From the human T2T-CHM13v2.0 reference genome, Homo sapiens, in NCBI RefSeq assembly GCF_009914755.1, contig NC_060930.1: a DNA stretch of 64,000 nt; one strand, given 5' to 3'. Shown piece after piece: positions 19,228-35,489 of the stretch. Position 1 is the stretch's first letter; the number at the start of each line of letters is the position of its first letter. The notes below the pieces were generated by a model. The model did not search any database, was not told the DNA's origin, and worked only from the letters and a program-made list of their open reading frames with translations. The translations under genes were made by a program, and so were the position numbers.

Positions 19228-19563
19228 TCTGTTTCTTATCTTAAATGATGGTTTATTTCCTCAAGTTTTATCTATTTAGAGTGTTATGAAAGTAGATGAC
19301 AAAAACCTTCATATCCAGAGCAAACAGATAACTTCAAAAAAAAACAAAAACTATTGCAATTCTTAATAGCCACATTGGACCACACACCCTTATGTGACCA
19401 ACCGCTATAATGCACCCTGGGATCTAGTAATTAGTATAAGCCAAGGCCCACTCCTGGATTTGACAGTAGGGCAGTCACTAAGAATTTGTGGGTTCTAAAA
19501 GAATGGGGATGGAAATGTAGCAGTTAGCATTCTTAATACCGAACCGCATAAAACACTTTGCTA

Positions 19564-19625
19564 TTAAGTTGGTGCAAACGTAATTGCAGTTTTTGCCCTT
19601 GGCAAAAATGTTTGCACCAACCTAA
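19564..19625. mobile_element. MADE1 (Hsmar1-derived MITE), internally deleted
   Basis: TIRs ttaagttggtgcaaa / tttgcaccaacctaa with a TA duplication on both sides. Confidence 0.85.
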
Positions 19626-20797
19626 TAATTTCTGCTAAAAATATTATTGGAAAGCTGTTAAAAGTCCTATAGAACTTATTATCTAGGTAAACAGTTATAG
19701 AAATGGTGTAAGGCACAAATAAAAGAACCACCATACATCCAAGATCTGTCATTTTTTAAAGATATTTTCGAGATAGTAAAAAATAACACTTTCAAAATAT
19801 TATTATTTCTATCTTTTATTAATGTACATGTAAGTCTTTTCTTAATGTACATATAAGCCTTAGACATTTCCTAAATTGCACATTTAAAATAATAATAATC
19901 CTAAAAATCTAAATGCAGTTGGTATAAAGTAAACATGATTTTTCTTCATATTATGAGTATGGAGGATGACAAATAATTCATATTGATTGTCAACCTTGAC
20001 TTGGCTTAGGTTTCCTACTTCGCAATCTGTTGAGAAGAATTATATTATTCAATTTCAAGCTCTTAAGTGCTTTAAATTAATATAACTGATATCTAGGTAT
20101 CAAAATCACACAATTTACATATCTCTCAAAGCACAACAAATGTATCCCATTGTGTATATTTATTTTACATGTCAGTAGCAATGAAATTACCTACTGTATT
20201 AAAATCTAAAGACTTTTGACTTATATAGGCTTATCTGACTTCAATAAATATAAAAGTTTTACTTTTGTCTAACACTGTCTACTTTCCACAGACTCAGGAG
20301 CATGTTTCCGATTAATAGTAAAGAGAATTTAGTTGACAACTGGCTACAGCTGTTTCAATCAGCTTAGTCTCAACATTTAGGCTAGGGGTAAATGTTCCTT
20401 TATTACTAAGAAACAAAATACAAATTAGACCTTTATTCATCTCCTTAAGTTTGGAGACTATTAAGGAGCTTCATACTTGTACTCTTCACCAAAGGAATGT
20501 AAGTGCACAGTAGACATTTTATTTAGTCAAGTTCTATCAATATTTTTTGAGTAATTATCAGTGTTGAGTTGACAGTATGATTCAACTCATGTACCAACAC
20601 ATAAGGGATGATAAGTGGAGTATAGTGTTGAAAAGGACTCTAAGGCTTAACCTGGGTTCAGTATCAAGGGTGCTATGTTAACTAGTGACACTGCCTGGTG
20701 GTGTGCAAGACTGAGAAAGGGGCTTGAATGCCACATATCTGCCATCACGTAAAGGCAATGAACAAGTAATAGATGAATGTCCATCCCCAATACCAAT

Positions 20798-20982
20798 ATT
20801 TCTCAATCTTTAGAGTATAAGAATCATCTTGTGAGCTGTGAGAAATTCAAATTGCTGGTGTCCACTTGTAGCTATTATTATTTAGTATATTTAGGCCAGG
20901 GTTTATTAACTGGCTTTTGTTTCAAGAACCCATATGAGCTTGGTGACAGTGGAATGATAACCATGCTTTGAAAGCACTGCTC
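20798..20982. mobile_element. MER5-like hAT fossil
   Basis: ttctcaatctt..agaatcatct..ctttgaaagcactg. Confidence 0.45.
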
Positions 20983-22155
20983 TTTATAGCATACTTTCTG
21001 TTCTCACTAAAGCTCTGAAAATGCCAATCAAATAGATATTTTATTGAAATGGTATAAGGTCAAAAGTAGTGAAAATGTGAGGAGTTGGCCTAACACCTAA
21101 TCCTTTATATGTACTCTTGCTATAAATAAACAAAGTTCATTCCATAAAGATAATTATCTAGATTGCTTACATAACCCCAAACACTCATGATGTCCCAGGG
21201 TACCACTGATGATTTTAAGTGTCAAGCTAATGTATCAGTAGCTAAACTCAGTTGTCATTTGAGACAAGTCCAAGTAATACTAATCGCTTTTTCACAAGTG
21301 GTCTTCATACATATTTTTTCTTTTCTAAGTAAACCTCTTTCTTTAATAGGTCCCTGCATTTGTAGTTTAAGACCTTTTTCCATCTGAGTTGCTTAGCAGT
21401 TTGCTAATAACATTCACAGTGATGTTTGCCCAGGCTTAAACATGGTTTTCCATGTGCTTCTAGTCATATGCAGTTAGTTTGACCCACTTTCCTCATCTAG
21501 TCATTTCATACCCATTAATGTCATGATTCAGCAAAGTCCTGAAGAGATTTTGGTATAGTTGAGTGGGTTAATACATAGACTTGGCTTGAAGGAGAAATGG
21601 GTTTTACTTTTGGCTTTGTTACTTATATGTCTGAAATTGAGCAAGATTGTTACATATGGATGGATAGTAAATAATTTTTCAGGAAATGTGTTTAATTCGT
21701 TTTACTTTTAGAAAACATGCCAAAAATTCATAGCAAATTTATTAATAACTCCTGAATGAAAAATTTGGTTATGTTTTAGTTTCCTCTGGACCTGGACATA
21801 AAATTAAAATAAAAAATAAGATGTAAGTATAATTATGATGGGTAAGTTACTAGCTGCACAGGGAATAAAATTACATGACCAGATCCTTATCATCCCAAAT
21901 TGAACTACTCACATTAGCACAGCAAACATGGTCTTTTCTACAGCTAATATTTCCTCTGCCAAAATGTCCTATTTGCTTGGATTATATCAACAAATTGGCA
22001 GACCTGCCCAGCTACTGCCTTCGCCTGTCTATACATATCTTGGCCATCAGAGGCCTTGAACTCCATGCCAAATAAGCTAATCTCCTTTACCCCATTCCAC
22101 AAACATTTTTCTTTTATCATTTACTCTGATTTACCTAATTATTGTCCTTAATCCT

Positions 22156-22660
22156 TGTGGCAGAAACTGCCATTTGCCTATATTTTATCCATTCTTGTCT
22201 TTTTCCTTAACAACAGAAAGCTGATTTTATTGGAAATGAAACGCACTGGCAAAGAAAACTGCAATTTCTTGCCCCCTAGACAAGTGGGACTAGCCTTGTA
22301 ACTGGTTATTTCTGGCTAAAGAGCTTTAACAGTAGTTTTAGGTCATGAAACTGGAATCTTAAAGGGAAGTAGGGTGAGGAGTCAACTAGCATATGCCATT
22401 TTGTCTTTTTTTTTTTTTTCTACCTGAAAGGCAAATGGGATGGTAGGCATCCTAGTGGCTATCTCATAACCATGAGGTCACCTCAAGTATGGTAGCCTAA
22501 GGATGGCAGAACACATATATGGAAACAAGAGGGAAATCAATGTGATTGAGTGGCTACTTTGGGTCTGGACTTCCCAATGTACATCTCATTATTTAAAACA
22601 AGTATGAGTTCCTAACTTATTTTAAGAATTATTGACTGATTTCTGTTACTTATAGACTAC
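22156..22660 (+). mobile_element. Old MLT1 (J/I-like) LTR
   Basis: tgtggcagaaactgcc start; atctcataaccatgagg, aaggatggcagaac motifs. Confidence 0.5.
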
Positions 22661-22709
22661 CACATTGATTCATTACTCTGATAGAGGCAACTCAGATAAA
22701 AATGATTTT

Positions 22710-22813
22710 TAATGGGTGTAGCACACCAACATGGCACATGTATACATATGTAACAAACCTGCATGTTGTGCACATGTACCCTAAAACTTAAAGTATAATA
22801 ATAATACAATTTA
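22710..22813 (+). mobile_element. Extremely 5'-truncated L1PA (~100 bp)
   Basis: L1 3' terminus taccctaaaacttaaagtataat; 12-bp TSD aaaaatgatttt at 22698-22709 and 22814-22825. Confidence 0.92.
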
Positions 22814-25389
22814 AAAAATGATTTTGACAATGGCTTTATAGAATCTGGTAATTTTCCAATAAAACCCTTTCCTATATGTAAACTTTGTTTTTCTTTTATT
22901 TCAACTAAAACGGGGGCAATTATGGCAGAAGGTATTGCCAGTTATTTGAATTACCAAAAAGTTAGAAGAAATTTAATCTAAATTCATAAGTTTTCTACTT
23001 GCTTGTGATACATAGTTTGAGGAACACAGTAAGCCATGATATACGGTAAAATATTGTTTGTACAATTCTTAACTGATGAAATAGTCATATCCCTTAAAAT
23101 ATGTTAGAAAAAAGACCCTTACCAGTATTGAGGTATTACTGGAACTTTAAGTGGAACAATAACTTCGAGTTAGGAGTTGCCCTGTTTCTGGCAAAAGTTT
23201 AACATTTCTGGATCCCACCCACCCAACACTGTATTCTATGCATTTATTGTGTGGGTCAAAAATGCCTCCTGGGGAGACACTGCCTCTCTGCCCCTCCTCT
23301 TATACTTCTTTCTCTTCTATCAACCCCCATTGAAAAACTGCTGGATCAAGAAGAATCTGAGACAATTCTGCCTTAAGAACATATCCATTTATTCCTCTAT
23401 TTTATCTGTTCTACATTTAAGTCTCTATCTCTATTGATTTAAAATATTGAAGATATATAACCTCTATTATTCTCTAATAATAAAATTATGTCCATTCGAA
23501 CCCCTTTTATCTCTCATTTTCATGAAATATGTCAGAAGATGGCAATCAACACAAATTTTTAGAAGTATGTGTAAATGAAATTATTATGAATGTATAATGG
23601 GTACAACAGAGATTTTTAGTCTAGAGTCGCCATTAACTTGCTACAAACTTCTTAGAGATTTTATTTATCAATGAAGTGTAGTTAACAAAACCTTCAAATT
23701 CTATGACATGGTAATGTTATTACAATAATATAGAATGATGTGTGTGTGATCATTTTACATGAAACGCTGGGATAGTGTTATTTCTTTAAAGTGGGGAAAA
23801 TTTAATGTGTGCAGATATTCATGTATTCACAAATATATGTCTTGAGGCTTAAAGAATCTGATCACTAGATTCATCAGTTTCTGGCTAGTTATATAAGATG
23901 TACAGTGATAAACAAATTATGAATATGACACCATCCCCTTATTTATACTTATATTTAAATTTGTACTTAGTGTGACCGTGAATCACATATATTTGTAACC
24001 ATTTTCCATTAGTAATGAAGTTTTCTATATTGATACTACTGAAGTATGTTAAAATAGTACCTAATTTCCAGAAAAAAAGCTCTTAAACATGTACACAGTA
24101 CATAATTAGTACCCAACCCTGTCTACCAGTATTAAGTAATTCCATAAATCTAACCAACAAAAAAACAAAAATACTATTACTACTTCATTTTAAAGACGAT
24201 GAAACAAAATCACAGAGAGTCTTAAAAAGTGTAAAAACTTACATGGCAATTAAGCACTGGAATCCACATTATAATTCAGGTAATCTGACTAAAAAGTATA
24301 TATTCTTCACCACTAACAATACAAAGAATGTATATATTTTATGTAAAAATAATTTTGATTTGATAGTCATTTTATTTTAAATTTTAAAAGGCATTTTGAG
24401 CTCTAAAAATCAAATATCCTTCAAGTTTGCCACCTGGCAGCTGCTTTGACAAAATTCTATTTTAATTTTCTTCAAAAATTAATATCTGAATTAAGTGTTG
24501 AATGGAAGCTGCGATTTGTGAATGTCCAATTTGTTTTTCTCTTGCTAGTCATGTCAACAATCGAATTGGACATTTTTACTTATACATAGTAGGTAGAATT
24601 CTGGCAGGAAAGAATATGACAGAGAGGGAAGATGAAAAATATTAATCAACTATAAGGTATCAATCAACACGTTTATGAGGAGAACTTTATAAACTGCTAA
24701 TCTTTCCCTAATAACACATGACACACAAATGGGGGTGGGACAAGATGATATTAAATTTTAAGAATATTCTGCTAACATTTTAAATTATGCATTATTCCAT
24801 GTTTTTATACATCCAACATTTAAATAAAATTTATTTGGTATAAAAGCCTGTCTAATAAAGTAACATCACTAATACATTTGATTGTTTCAGTGCTCAAGTA
24901 CAGATAATGTGTTGCTACCATAGAATACATTTCACACCTTTCTACAACAATTCACTTTCTGAATATATGTCAAGGGCATGTAATTTATCTTTTTCGTCAA
25001 AGCTAGCTAAAATATTTACAGTTTTAAGGTGAGCATTTTATGATATACTGCATTATTTTCTTATTATCTGTATGTCATCATAAGTATCTTTTGATTTCTA
25101 TTATTAAATTTTAAAGTACAATGGAATTTTAACCAGTCTCATTTTGGCAATTTTAAAGTTAAAATTAATACACAAAATAAAAATCTCACCTAGACTTGGA
25201 TGCTGCTTCTGATTATATCAAGTTTATGAAAATTACTAACAAGCCTCTATCTTTTCCAAACGTTTGTTGTGTTTTTTTTTTCTCAATACAGTGCTTGACA
25301 TACACCTGATAACAAGAATGATAAGAAATATTTGGACAATTTTACATGAGGCTATAAAATAAAAAATAATTATTTGATCATGAAACCTA

Positions 25390-25453
25390 GGTCTCAATTA
25401 GTGACTTCAAATCCCTCCCTGGGTCTCAAATAGTGACTTCAAATTCCTCCCTG
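25390..25453. repeat. 32-bp tandem duplication
   Basis: ggtctcaa(t/a)tagtgacttcaaat(c/t)cctccctg twice, 2 mismatches. Confidence 0.9.
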
Positions 25454-25689
25454 ATGCAAGGGAAGAAATAAGAACATACCAGCAGAAATTATATTACATT
25501 AATTCAAACTATTTCTTATTCTCTAAAAAACTGATAAAGAGCCTAAGAGATGTTTATTTATTTCTCATGATGTTAAACATATTGCATAATTATAAATTAT
25601 TAATGAATATAATGAATTATAAAGGATCTCAATTAGAAAAGGAAACTTTGAAGCCTTTTTCATTGCATTTTAAATAAAATATATAGATT

Positions 25690-28600
25690 GGGAGCCAAGA
25701 TGGATGATTCGATGCAGCCAGGAAGAGCATCTCCCACAGAGATCAGATGATCAAGAAGGATGGTATACTCTGGTTCCTGGCCCCCGGGGGCTCTGGGGGA
25801 AGAGGTGAATTAAATAGGTGAGGAGTGACCCATTCTCACCACAGACCTCCAGAATCCTAGCTGCAGGAGACCCCATGACCTCCATGGACATTTGAGCTAA
25901 CAGGGAGAGCTGCTTGGAGAGGTGTTGGGGATAAGATTCCAGCCTATGTAGAGCCAAGAGGGTTTGGCATGGGAACAGCTGCCATGGAACATGACCAAGA
26001 CATCGATCCCCCAAGGCTTGCTATGCTCCTTTAGGGGGCATTGGCTTTTGTTGACTGTCGAACCTGGACACAGCAGTGTGGTCTTACCTGTGGGAGGGGA
26101 AAGTCTAATCTCAGTGCCCCACTGTGTGCTGGCCTCTGACACGGTCATTGCCTGGTCATGCCCACTTGCAGCACAGCCTTGGATGCCTGAGGGGGTGTGG
26201 GGCAGTTTCTTGGCAGCTGACATTATAGCTCCTTTGCCAGCAGACCAAGCACAACCATTGAAGAGATTCAAAAGACAAGTCCCTGCTGATGGGCACCCAC
26301 CCATCCACAGCCTCCTCCCTTCGCTTTGACAGCATGCATTTGCTCATGGACTTCTGCACCACTTTGCTGGTGCAAGAGCGTACACAGAACTCACTGCCCC
26401 ATTGCCACCCACACATGCATGTGCAGATCTCATGGCTGCCACCCTGCCTCCACTAGCATGTTTGCACCCTGCCTCACCACCACTACTGATGCGAATGTGC
26501 ACACACAGACCTGCCACCCAACTTCTGCTGTTGCCCCACCCCAGCTGACACACATACCCTACTTCACCACCACTGCCACTAACACATGTGCATAAGCACG
26601 GACCCCACTGCTGACTCCACTTTGCCACCACTGCCACTAACACATGTGTACAAGCATGGATCCCACTTCATCAGCACCATGATGAAACAGTTTGGCTGGT
26701 ACTCCCGACCTGAGTGTTACTGTTAACAAATGAGGAACACCTTGCCCCCTCCAGGGCAGGAGGTGCTCAACCTCGAGAGGCCAGAGAACAAAGCCATGGG
26801 CCAGGTACCAGCCATCAAGTGTTACAGCATGCAGCCCAGGAGTGCTGGGTTGAGCCTTGGCCCAGTACAATCTTCCAGAAATGAAGCTAGTCAACGGAAC
26901 CCTCTTTATACCACTCTCAAGGACATCAAATAATATAAAAACAAAACAAAAAAAAACCCATCCGAAGGACAACGACTTCAAAGATTAAAAGAACATCAGT
27001 CCACACTGATGAGAAAGAACCAACACAAGAAGTCTGGCAACTCAAAAAGCCAGAGTGTCTTCTTATTGCCAAATGATGTACCAGTTCCCCAACAATAGTT
27101 CTCAACCAGGCTGAAATGGCTGCAATGAGACACACAGAATTCAGAATCTGGATTAGGATGATAATCAAGCCTCAGGAGAAAGTTGAAACCCAATCTAAGG
27201 AATCCAATAAAATGATATAAGAGCTGAAAAACAAAATAGCCATTTTAAGAGAAAAAACAAAACCAACCCGATAGGGCTGAAAAACTTACTCTAGGAATTC
27301 GATGATAAAATTAGAAATATTAGCAGCAGAATAGACCAAACTGAAGAAATAATCTCACAGATCAAAGACTTGTTCTTCAAATCAGCACAGTCAGACAAAA
27401 ATAAAGAAAAAATAATTTAAATAATGAACAAAACCTCCAAGAAATGTGGGATTATGTAATGTGTAAATGTGAGATTAGTGCTACACATGAAATCAAACCT
27501 AGGATTTATTTGCATCCCTGAAAGAGAGGGAGAGACAAGAACCAACTTGGAAAAAGTATTTGATGATATTGTCGATGAACATTTCCTCTACGTTGTTAGA
27601 AACATCAACATTCTACTTCAGAAAAGGCAGAGAACCCCTGTGAGATACTATACAAGATGTCCTTCCCCAAGACACATAATCATCAGATTTCCCAACGTCA
27701 ATGTGAAATAAGAAAATATTAAAAGCATTTAGAGACAGGCCACTAACAAAGGGAACTCCATCAGGCTAACAGCAAACCTTTCAATAGAAACCCTATAAGC
27801 CAGAAGAGATTGAAGACTTATACACAGCATTCTTAAAGAAACACAATTTTAAGCAATAATTTCATATCCAGTCAACTAAGCTTTATAAGCAAAGAAGAAA
27901 TAAGACCCTTTTCAGACAAGCAAATGCGAAGGGAATTTGTTACCATCAGACCTGCTTACAAGAAATCTTTATGGGAGTGCTATACATGAAAGTAAAAGAC
28001 TGTTACTAGCCACCACAAAAGCACACTTAAGTACATAGACCATTAACACTAAAAAAGGAGCCACACAATCAAATCTGCATAACAAGGAGCTAAAAACAAG
28101 ATGACAGAAGCAAATCCACACGTATCAATATTAACGTTGAATGTAAACAGAATAAATGCCCCAATTAAAAGGCACAGAGTGGCAAGTTGGATAAAAAAGC
28201 AAGACCCAACTATATGCTATCTTTAAGGGACCAATCTCACATGTAGTAACACCCATTGACTCAAAGTAAAGGAATGGATAAAAATCTACCAAGCAAATAG
28301 AATACAAAAAAGAGAAGGTGTTGCTATTCTAATTTGAGACAAAACAGACTTCTTCAAACAAACAGTGATCAAAAAGACAAATAAGGGCATAACATAATGA
28401 TAAAGGGTTCAATTAAACAAGAAGAATTAACTATCCCAAATATATATGCACTCAACGCTGGGACACCCAGATTCATAAAACAAGTTCATAGGGATCTATG
28501 GTGAGATTTAAATGACCATACACTAATAGTGGGAGACTTCAACACCCTGCTGACAGTATTAGACAAATCACTGGGGCTGAAAACTAACAGAGATAACTGG

Positions 28601-31600
28601 GAGCTAAACTTGGCACTTGACCAAATGAATCTAACACATGTCTACAGAACACTTCACCCAACAACAGAATATACATTATTCTCATCTGCACATGATACAT
28701 AATCTAAAATCGACCACACAATCAACCATAAAACAAATCAACAAATTCACAAAACCAAAAACATATCAACCACGATCTTGGACCACTGTGCAATAAGCAA
28801 AGAAATAAGTACCAAGAAGATCTCTCAAAACCATGCAATAACATGGAAAATAAACAACCTGCTTCTGAATGAGTTTTGGGTAAACAAAGCAGAAATCATG
28901 AAATTCTTTGAAACCAATGAAAACAAATAAACAACATACAAGAATCTCTGGGACACAGCTAAAGCAGTGTTATAAGAAAAGTCATAAGAAAAGTTTTAGC
29001 ACTAAATGCCCATCTCAAAAGTTAGAAAGATCTCAAATTAACAAGCTAACATCACACCTAGAAGAACTAAATAAACAACTCCAACACTAGCAGAAGAAAA
29101 GAAATAACCAAAATCAGAGCTGAACTGAATGAAATGGAGACATGAAAACCCATACAAAGGATCAATGAAACCAGAGTTAGTTCTTTGAAAGAATAAATAA
29201 TATTGATGGACTGGTAGGTAGACTAATAAAAAAAGGAGAAAATACAAATAAACACAATCAGAAATGATAAAGGTGATATAACCACTGACATCACAGAAAT
29301 ACAAAAACAAACAAACAAAAACCTTCAGACAAGACATTATTACAAACATCTCTAGGCACACAAACTAGAAAACCTACAAGAAGTGGATAAATTTCTGAAA
29401 ACATTCAAACTCCCAAGATTGAACTAAAAATAAACTAAAACGCAGAACAGGCCAATAATGACTTTTGAAATTGAATCAATAATAAAAGCCTGCCAACCAG
29501 AAAAAGCCCTATACCAGACAGATTCACAGCTGAATTTTACCGGATGTATAAGGAAGAGGTAGTAACAAACCTGCTGAAACTATTCCAAAAAATTTAGGAG
29601 AAGGGATTCCTCCCTAACTCATCCTGATATCAAATCCTGGCAGAAACACAGCAGAAAAAGTTAAAACTTCAGGCCAATTTCCCTGATGAACATAGATACA
29701 AAAATCCTCAAGAAAATACTGTATTCAGCAAACTGAATACAGTAGCATATCAAAAAGTGAAGTCACCATAATCAAGTAGGGTTTATCCCTGGGATGTAAA
29801 GTTGGTTCAACATACATGAATCAATAAATATGGTTCATCACATAAACAGAACTAAAAGCAAAAAACATATGATTGCCTCAATAGATGCAGAAAAAGCATC
29901 TGATAAAATTCAACATCCTTTATATTAAACATCCTCAATAAACTAGGCATTGAAGACACACACTTCAAAATAATATGACAAGAGCCATCTCTGACAAGTT
30001 CACAGCCAAAAATCATATTGAATGGGCAAAAACTGGAAGCATTCCCTCTGCGAACTGGAAGAAGAGTATTACTCTCACTACTTTTATTCAACATAGTACC
30101 GGATGTCCTAGCCAGAGCAATCAGGCAAGAGAAAGAAATAAAAGGCATCCAAATAGGAAGAGATGAAATCAAGCTATCTTTCTTCACATACATAATGATT
30201 TTATACCTAAAAAAAAAAACAGGGTTTCTGCCTAAAAGCTTCTAGAGCTGATAAACAATTTCACCAATGCCTCAGGATACAAAATCAATGTGCAAAATTT
30301 ACTAGCATATCTATTCACCAAAAACATCCAAGCTGGAAGCCAAGTCAAGAACAAAATACCATTCACAATAGCCACAACAATATTAAAATACCGAGGAATA
30401 CAGCTAACAAGGGAGGTGAAAAACCTCTAGAATGAGAATTTAAAAACCCTGAATTAAGAAATCAGAAACAACACAAACAAATGGAAAAATATTCCATACT
30501 CATGGATAGGAAGAGTCAATATTGTTAAAATGGCTATATGGTCCAAACCAATGTACAGATTTAACACTCTTCTTATCAAACTACCAATGGCATTTTTCAC
30601 AGAATTAGGAAAATATATTCTAAAATTTATATGGATATAAGGGGTTGCATAGCAATATATTCAAGCTTCTGTACAAGGCATTTGAGGTCAGGGCATAGAA
30701 AAACACTGAGGTACTGTGTGTATGTTGTTTGTGCATGAGACTGTAACTCCTTGACCCTGAAAACAGGACAAGCAATTGAGTGTGTGATACGGAATGCTGA
30801 AAACAGTCTCCTAAGAATGTAGTTTAACTGCTTTTACAAGGCCATATGTATCTCATGACCCGACGGCAAAATGCCATCTGGTGGATGTCTGTAGTAGCAA
30901 GCCCTTTCAATAAATACTTGGTGGATGGATTCTGGGGGGCACTCTCTCAGAAGAGCTGCCCCTCACCCCGCTCAGCTGGAATTGTCTGAATACTCATTCT
31001 TAGCATTCACTGAAAGCTATAAGCTGCAATGGAACCAAAAGAGAACCCAAATAGCCATGATAATCCAAAGCAAAATTACAAAGATGAAGGCATCATACTA
31101 TCTGACTTCAAACTACACTACAAGGATACAGTAAACAAAACACCACAGTACTGCTTAAAAAGTAGACACACAAACCAATGAAACAGGTTACAGAACCCAG
31201 AAATAAAGCCTCACACCTACAATCACCTGATCTTCGACAAAGCCAACAAAAACAAGCCATGAAGAAAGGGAACCCTACTCAATTAATGGCAAAATAAATG
31301 ACTAGTCATATGCAGAAGATTAAAAACGGACCCTTTCCTTTCACCATATACAAAAATCAACTCAAGATAGACTAAAGACTTAAATGTAAAACCAAAAACA
31401 ATAGAAAACCTTGAAGAAAACCTAGAAAACACCATTCTAGACATAAGCCCTGGCAAAGACTTCATGTCGAAGATGTCAAATGCAATTACACCAAAAATAA
31501 AATTGGCAGAAGGGACCTAATTAAACTAAAGTTTCTGCACAGCAAAATAAACTATCAACAGAGTAAACAGACAACCTACAGAATGGGAGAAAATATTTGC

Positions 31601-32525
31601 AAACTACGCAACCAACGAAGGCTTAATATCCAGAATTTATAAGGATTTTAACAAATGAACAAGTAAAAAACAAACAACCCCATTATAAATTGAGCAAAAG
31701 ATATAAACAGACATTTTTCAAAAGAAGTTACACACATGACCAACAAGCATATGAAAAAATGCTCAACATCTCTAATCATTAGAGAAATGTAAATCAAAAC
31801 CACTGTGAGATACTATCTCACACCAATCAATCAGAATAGCCAACATTAAGAAGTCAAAAAATAAGAGATTCTGGTGAGGTCATGGATAAAAGAAAACATT
31901 TATACACTGCTAGTGGGAAGAGAAATTAGTTCAGTCACTGTGGAAAGCAGTTTGGAGATTTCTCAAAGAACTTAAAACAGAACTACCATTCCAACCTACC
32001 AATCCCATTATTGGGTATATACCTAAAGGAACACAAATCATCCTACTTTAGAGACACATGCACACATGTGTTCACTGCAGCACTACTCACAATCAAAGAT
32101 GTGGAATATACCTAAATGCCCATCAAAGGTAAACTGAATAAAGAAAATGTGATACATATACACCATGGAATTCTATACAGCCATAAAAGAGAATGAAATC
32201 ATGCAGCAACATGGATAGTGCTGTAGGCCATTATGCTAAGTGAATTAATTTAGGAGCAGAAAAGAAAATACCGCATGTTCTCACTTGTGTTTGAGAGATG
32301 AACATCAAGTACACACGGACACAAAGAAATGAACAACAGACACCAAGGTCTACTTGAGAGCTGAGGGTGGGAGGAAGATAAAAATAAAAAATCTACCCAT
32401 CAAGTACTATGCTTATTACGTTAGTGATGAAATACTCTGTGCACCAAACCCCCATGACACACAATTTATGCATGTAAGAAACCTGCATGTGTACCCCCGA
32501 ACCTAAAATAAAAGTTGAAAATAAA
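25690..32525 (+). mobile_element. Full-length decayed L1 (L1PA15/16-like)
   Basis: 5' start gggagccaagatgg; GC-rich 5'UTR; ORF1 and ORF2 remnants; 3' end ccccgaacctaaaataaaagtt; degenerate TSD aataaa(a)tatata. Confidence 0.9.
30636..31028 (+). mobile_element. Solo LTR (393 bp; ERVL class by TSD length) inside L1 ORF2
   Basis: 5-bp TSD atgga at 30631-30635 and 31029-31033; ends in CA; AATAAA at 30909; L1 continuous across it. Confidence 0.85.
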
Positions 32526-32711
32526 ATAAATATATAAATAGAATGAAACAGTTTTTGTAATCACCTTAGCTTACTTTCTTAGAAAATTCTGTTATCAATA
32601 GGAATATAATTTATTCATGATGTAATATTTCATATTTTTAATATTTAGAAGCATGTAAATAGCATGTCAATTTTATATATGTGAATTAGTCCATATGTAA
32701 ATGGGACATAA

Positions 32712-32945
<234 letters not shown>

Positions 32946-33169
32946 TGAATATTTAATAACTTGCATGGCACAGACACAGAACAGACACTAGCTTTGACAA
33001 AAAGAAAAGGACAATCATTAGTGTGCAAATTTAGAAAATATCACCCCTTGTAGGTCACATTACAATTTAGTAATTAATAGAAATCTTTGACCTAATTCTT
33101 ACTCTTGGGACCATTCTTCCTTTCATATCCAAGTGACTTTCCTCCCTTATCTTCTTTGTCTTTGCACAA

Positions 33170-34687
<1,518 letters not shown>

Positions 34688-35489
34688 TTTACAGTTTCAT
34701 TAAAAATAGGTATATGAGAACTTAAAAAATAAAAAGCAGTATGTAAATTTTTTTATGGCAGGCATTATAAATTGTGGCCAATTATTCATAATAAAAATAA
34801 AAATAAATTGTTTAACGATTTCATGACTTTTAATATATTATAGAAATATGTAATATATTTAATTTTTGTATTGTCAGACATAATTCACTGGCAGATGGAA
34901 AAATAGGAGTACTTTACCCATTTGAAAGTAAAAGTGAAAATGGATATTGCTATTCTTTTTTTAATGTGACAAAAATTTTTTTAAAAAATGGATTTATGAT
35001 GTGGAAAGAGTATAGAAAAAAAGCTGCTTCATTTTAGTGTTCATAATAGACAAGTAAAGTAATGTAAAGAGTTGTCAGATTTGAACACAAGATATTAAGA
35101 AAGTAGATTTCAAAAACATGAAAAAAACAAAATTTCAAAAGACTTTACGTGTGACTACGGCTTAAAACAAATGGAAAAAATGTGGTAAGTAAATTTTGAT
35201 AAAACAATATGACGCAATGTCAGTGACAAAGAAAAAGTTCTTTCTTAGACAAGACCTAAGAAATATAAGTAGTTTTTCAAGTTAATGGTTATGTTAAAAG
35301 CTTATGTACAGAAAATTGTGAAACATTTTCAGTCATTAGCTGAGACCTGACACCTGATAAAGGCTAGGAAATGTATGTTACAATATTACGAGTCAAAAAA
35401 CAAAAAGAAAAAGAATGTTCCCACTAAAAAGAAAAGATGGTGTACTGTTCTACATTGAAAATAAGAAAAATTAATTCTCCACTTTACCA

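Noticed and set aside
25390-25453. 32-bp direct repeat resembling a CRISPR repeat
   Set aside because: Two adjacent units with no spacer, in primate DNA; simple slippage duplication
25751-26981. Cluster of 80-135-aa ORFs
   Set aside because: They lie within the GC-rich L1 5'UTR; no coding signature
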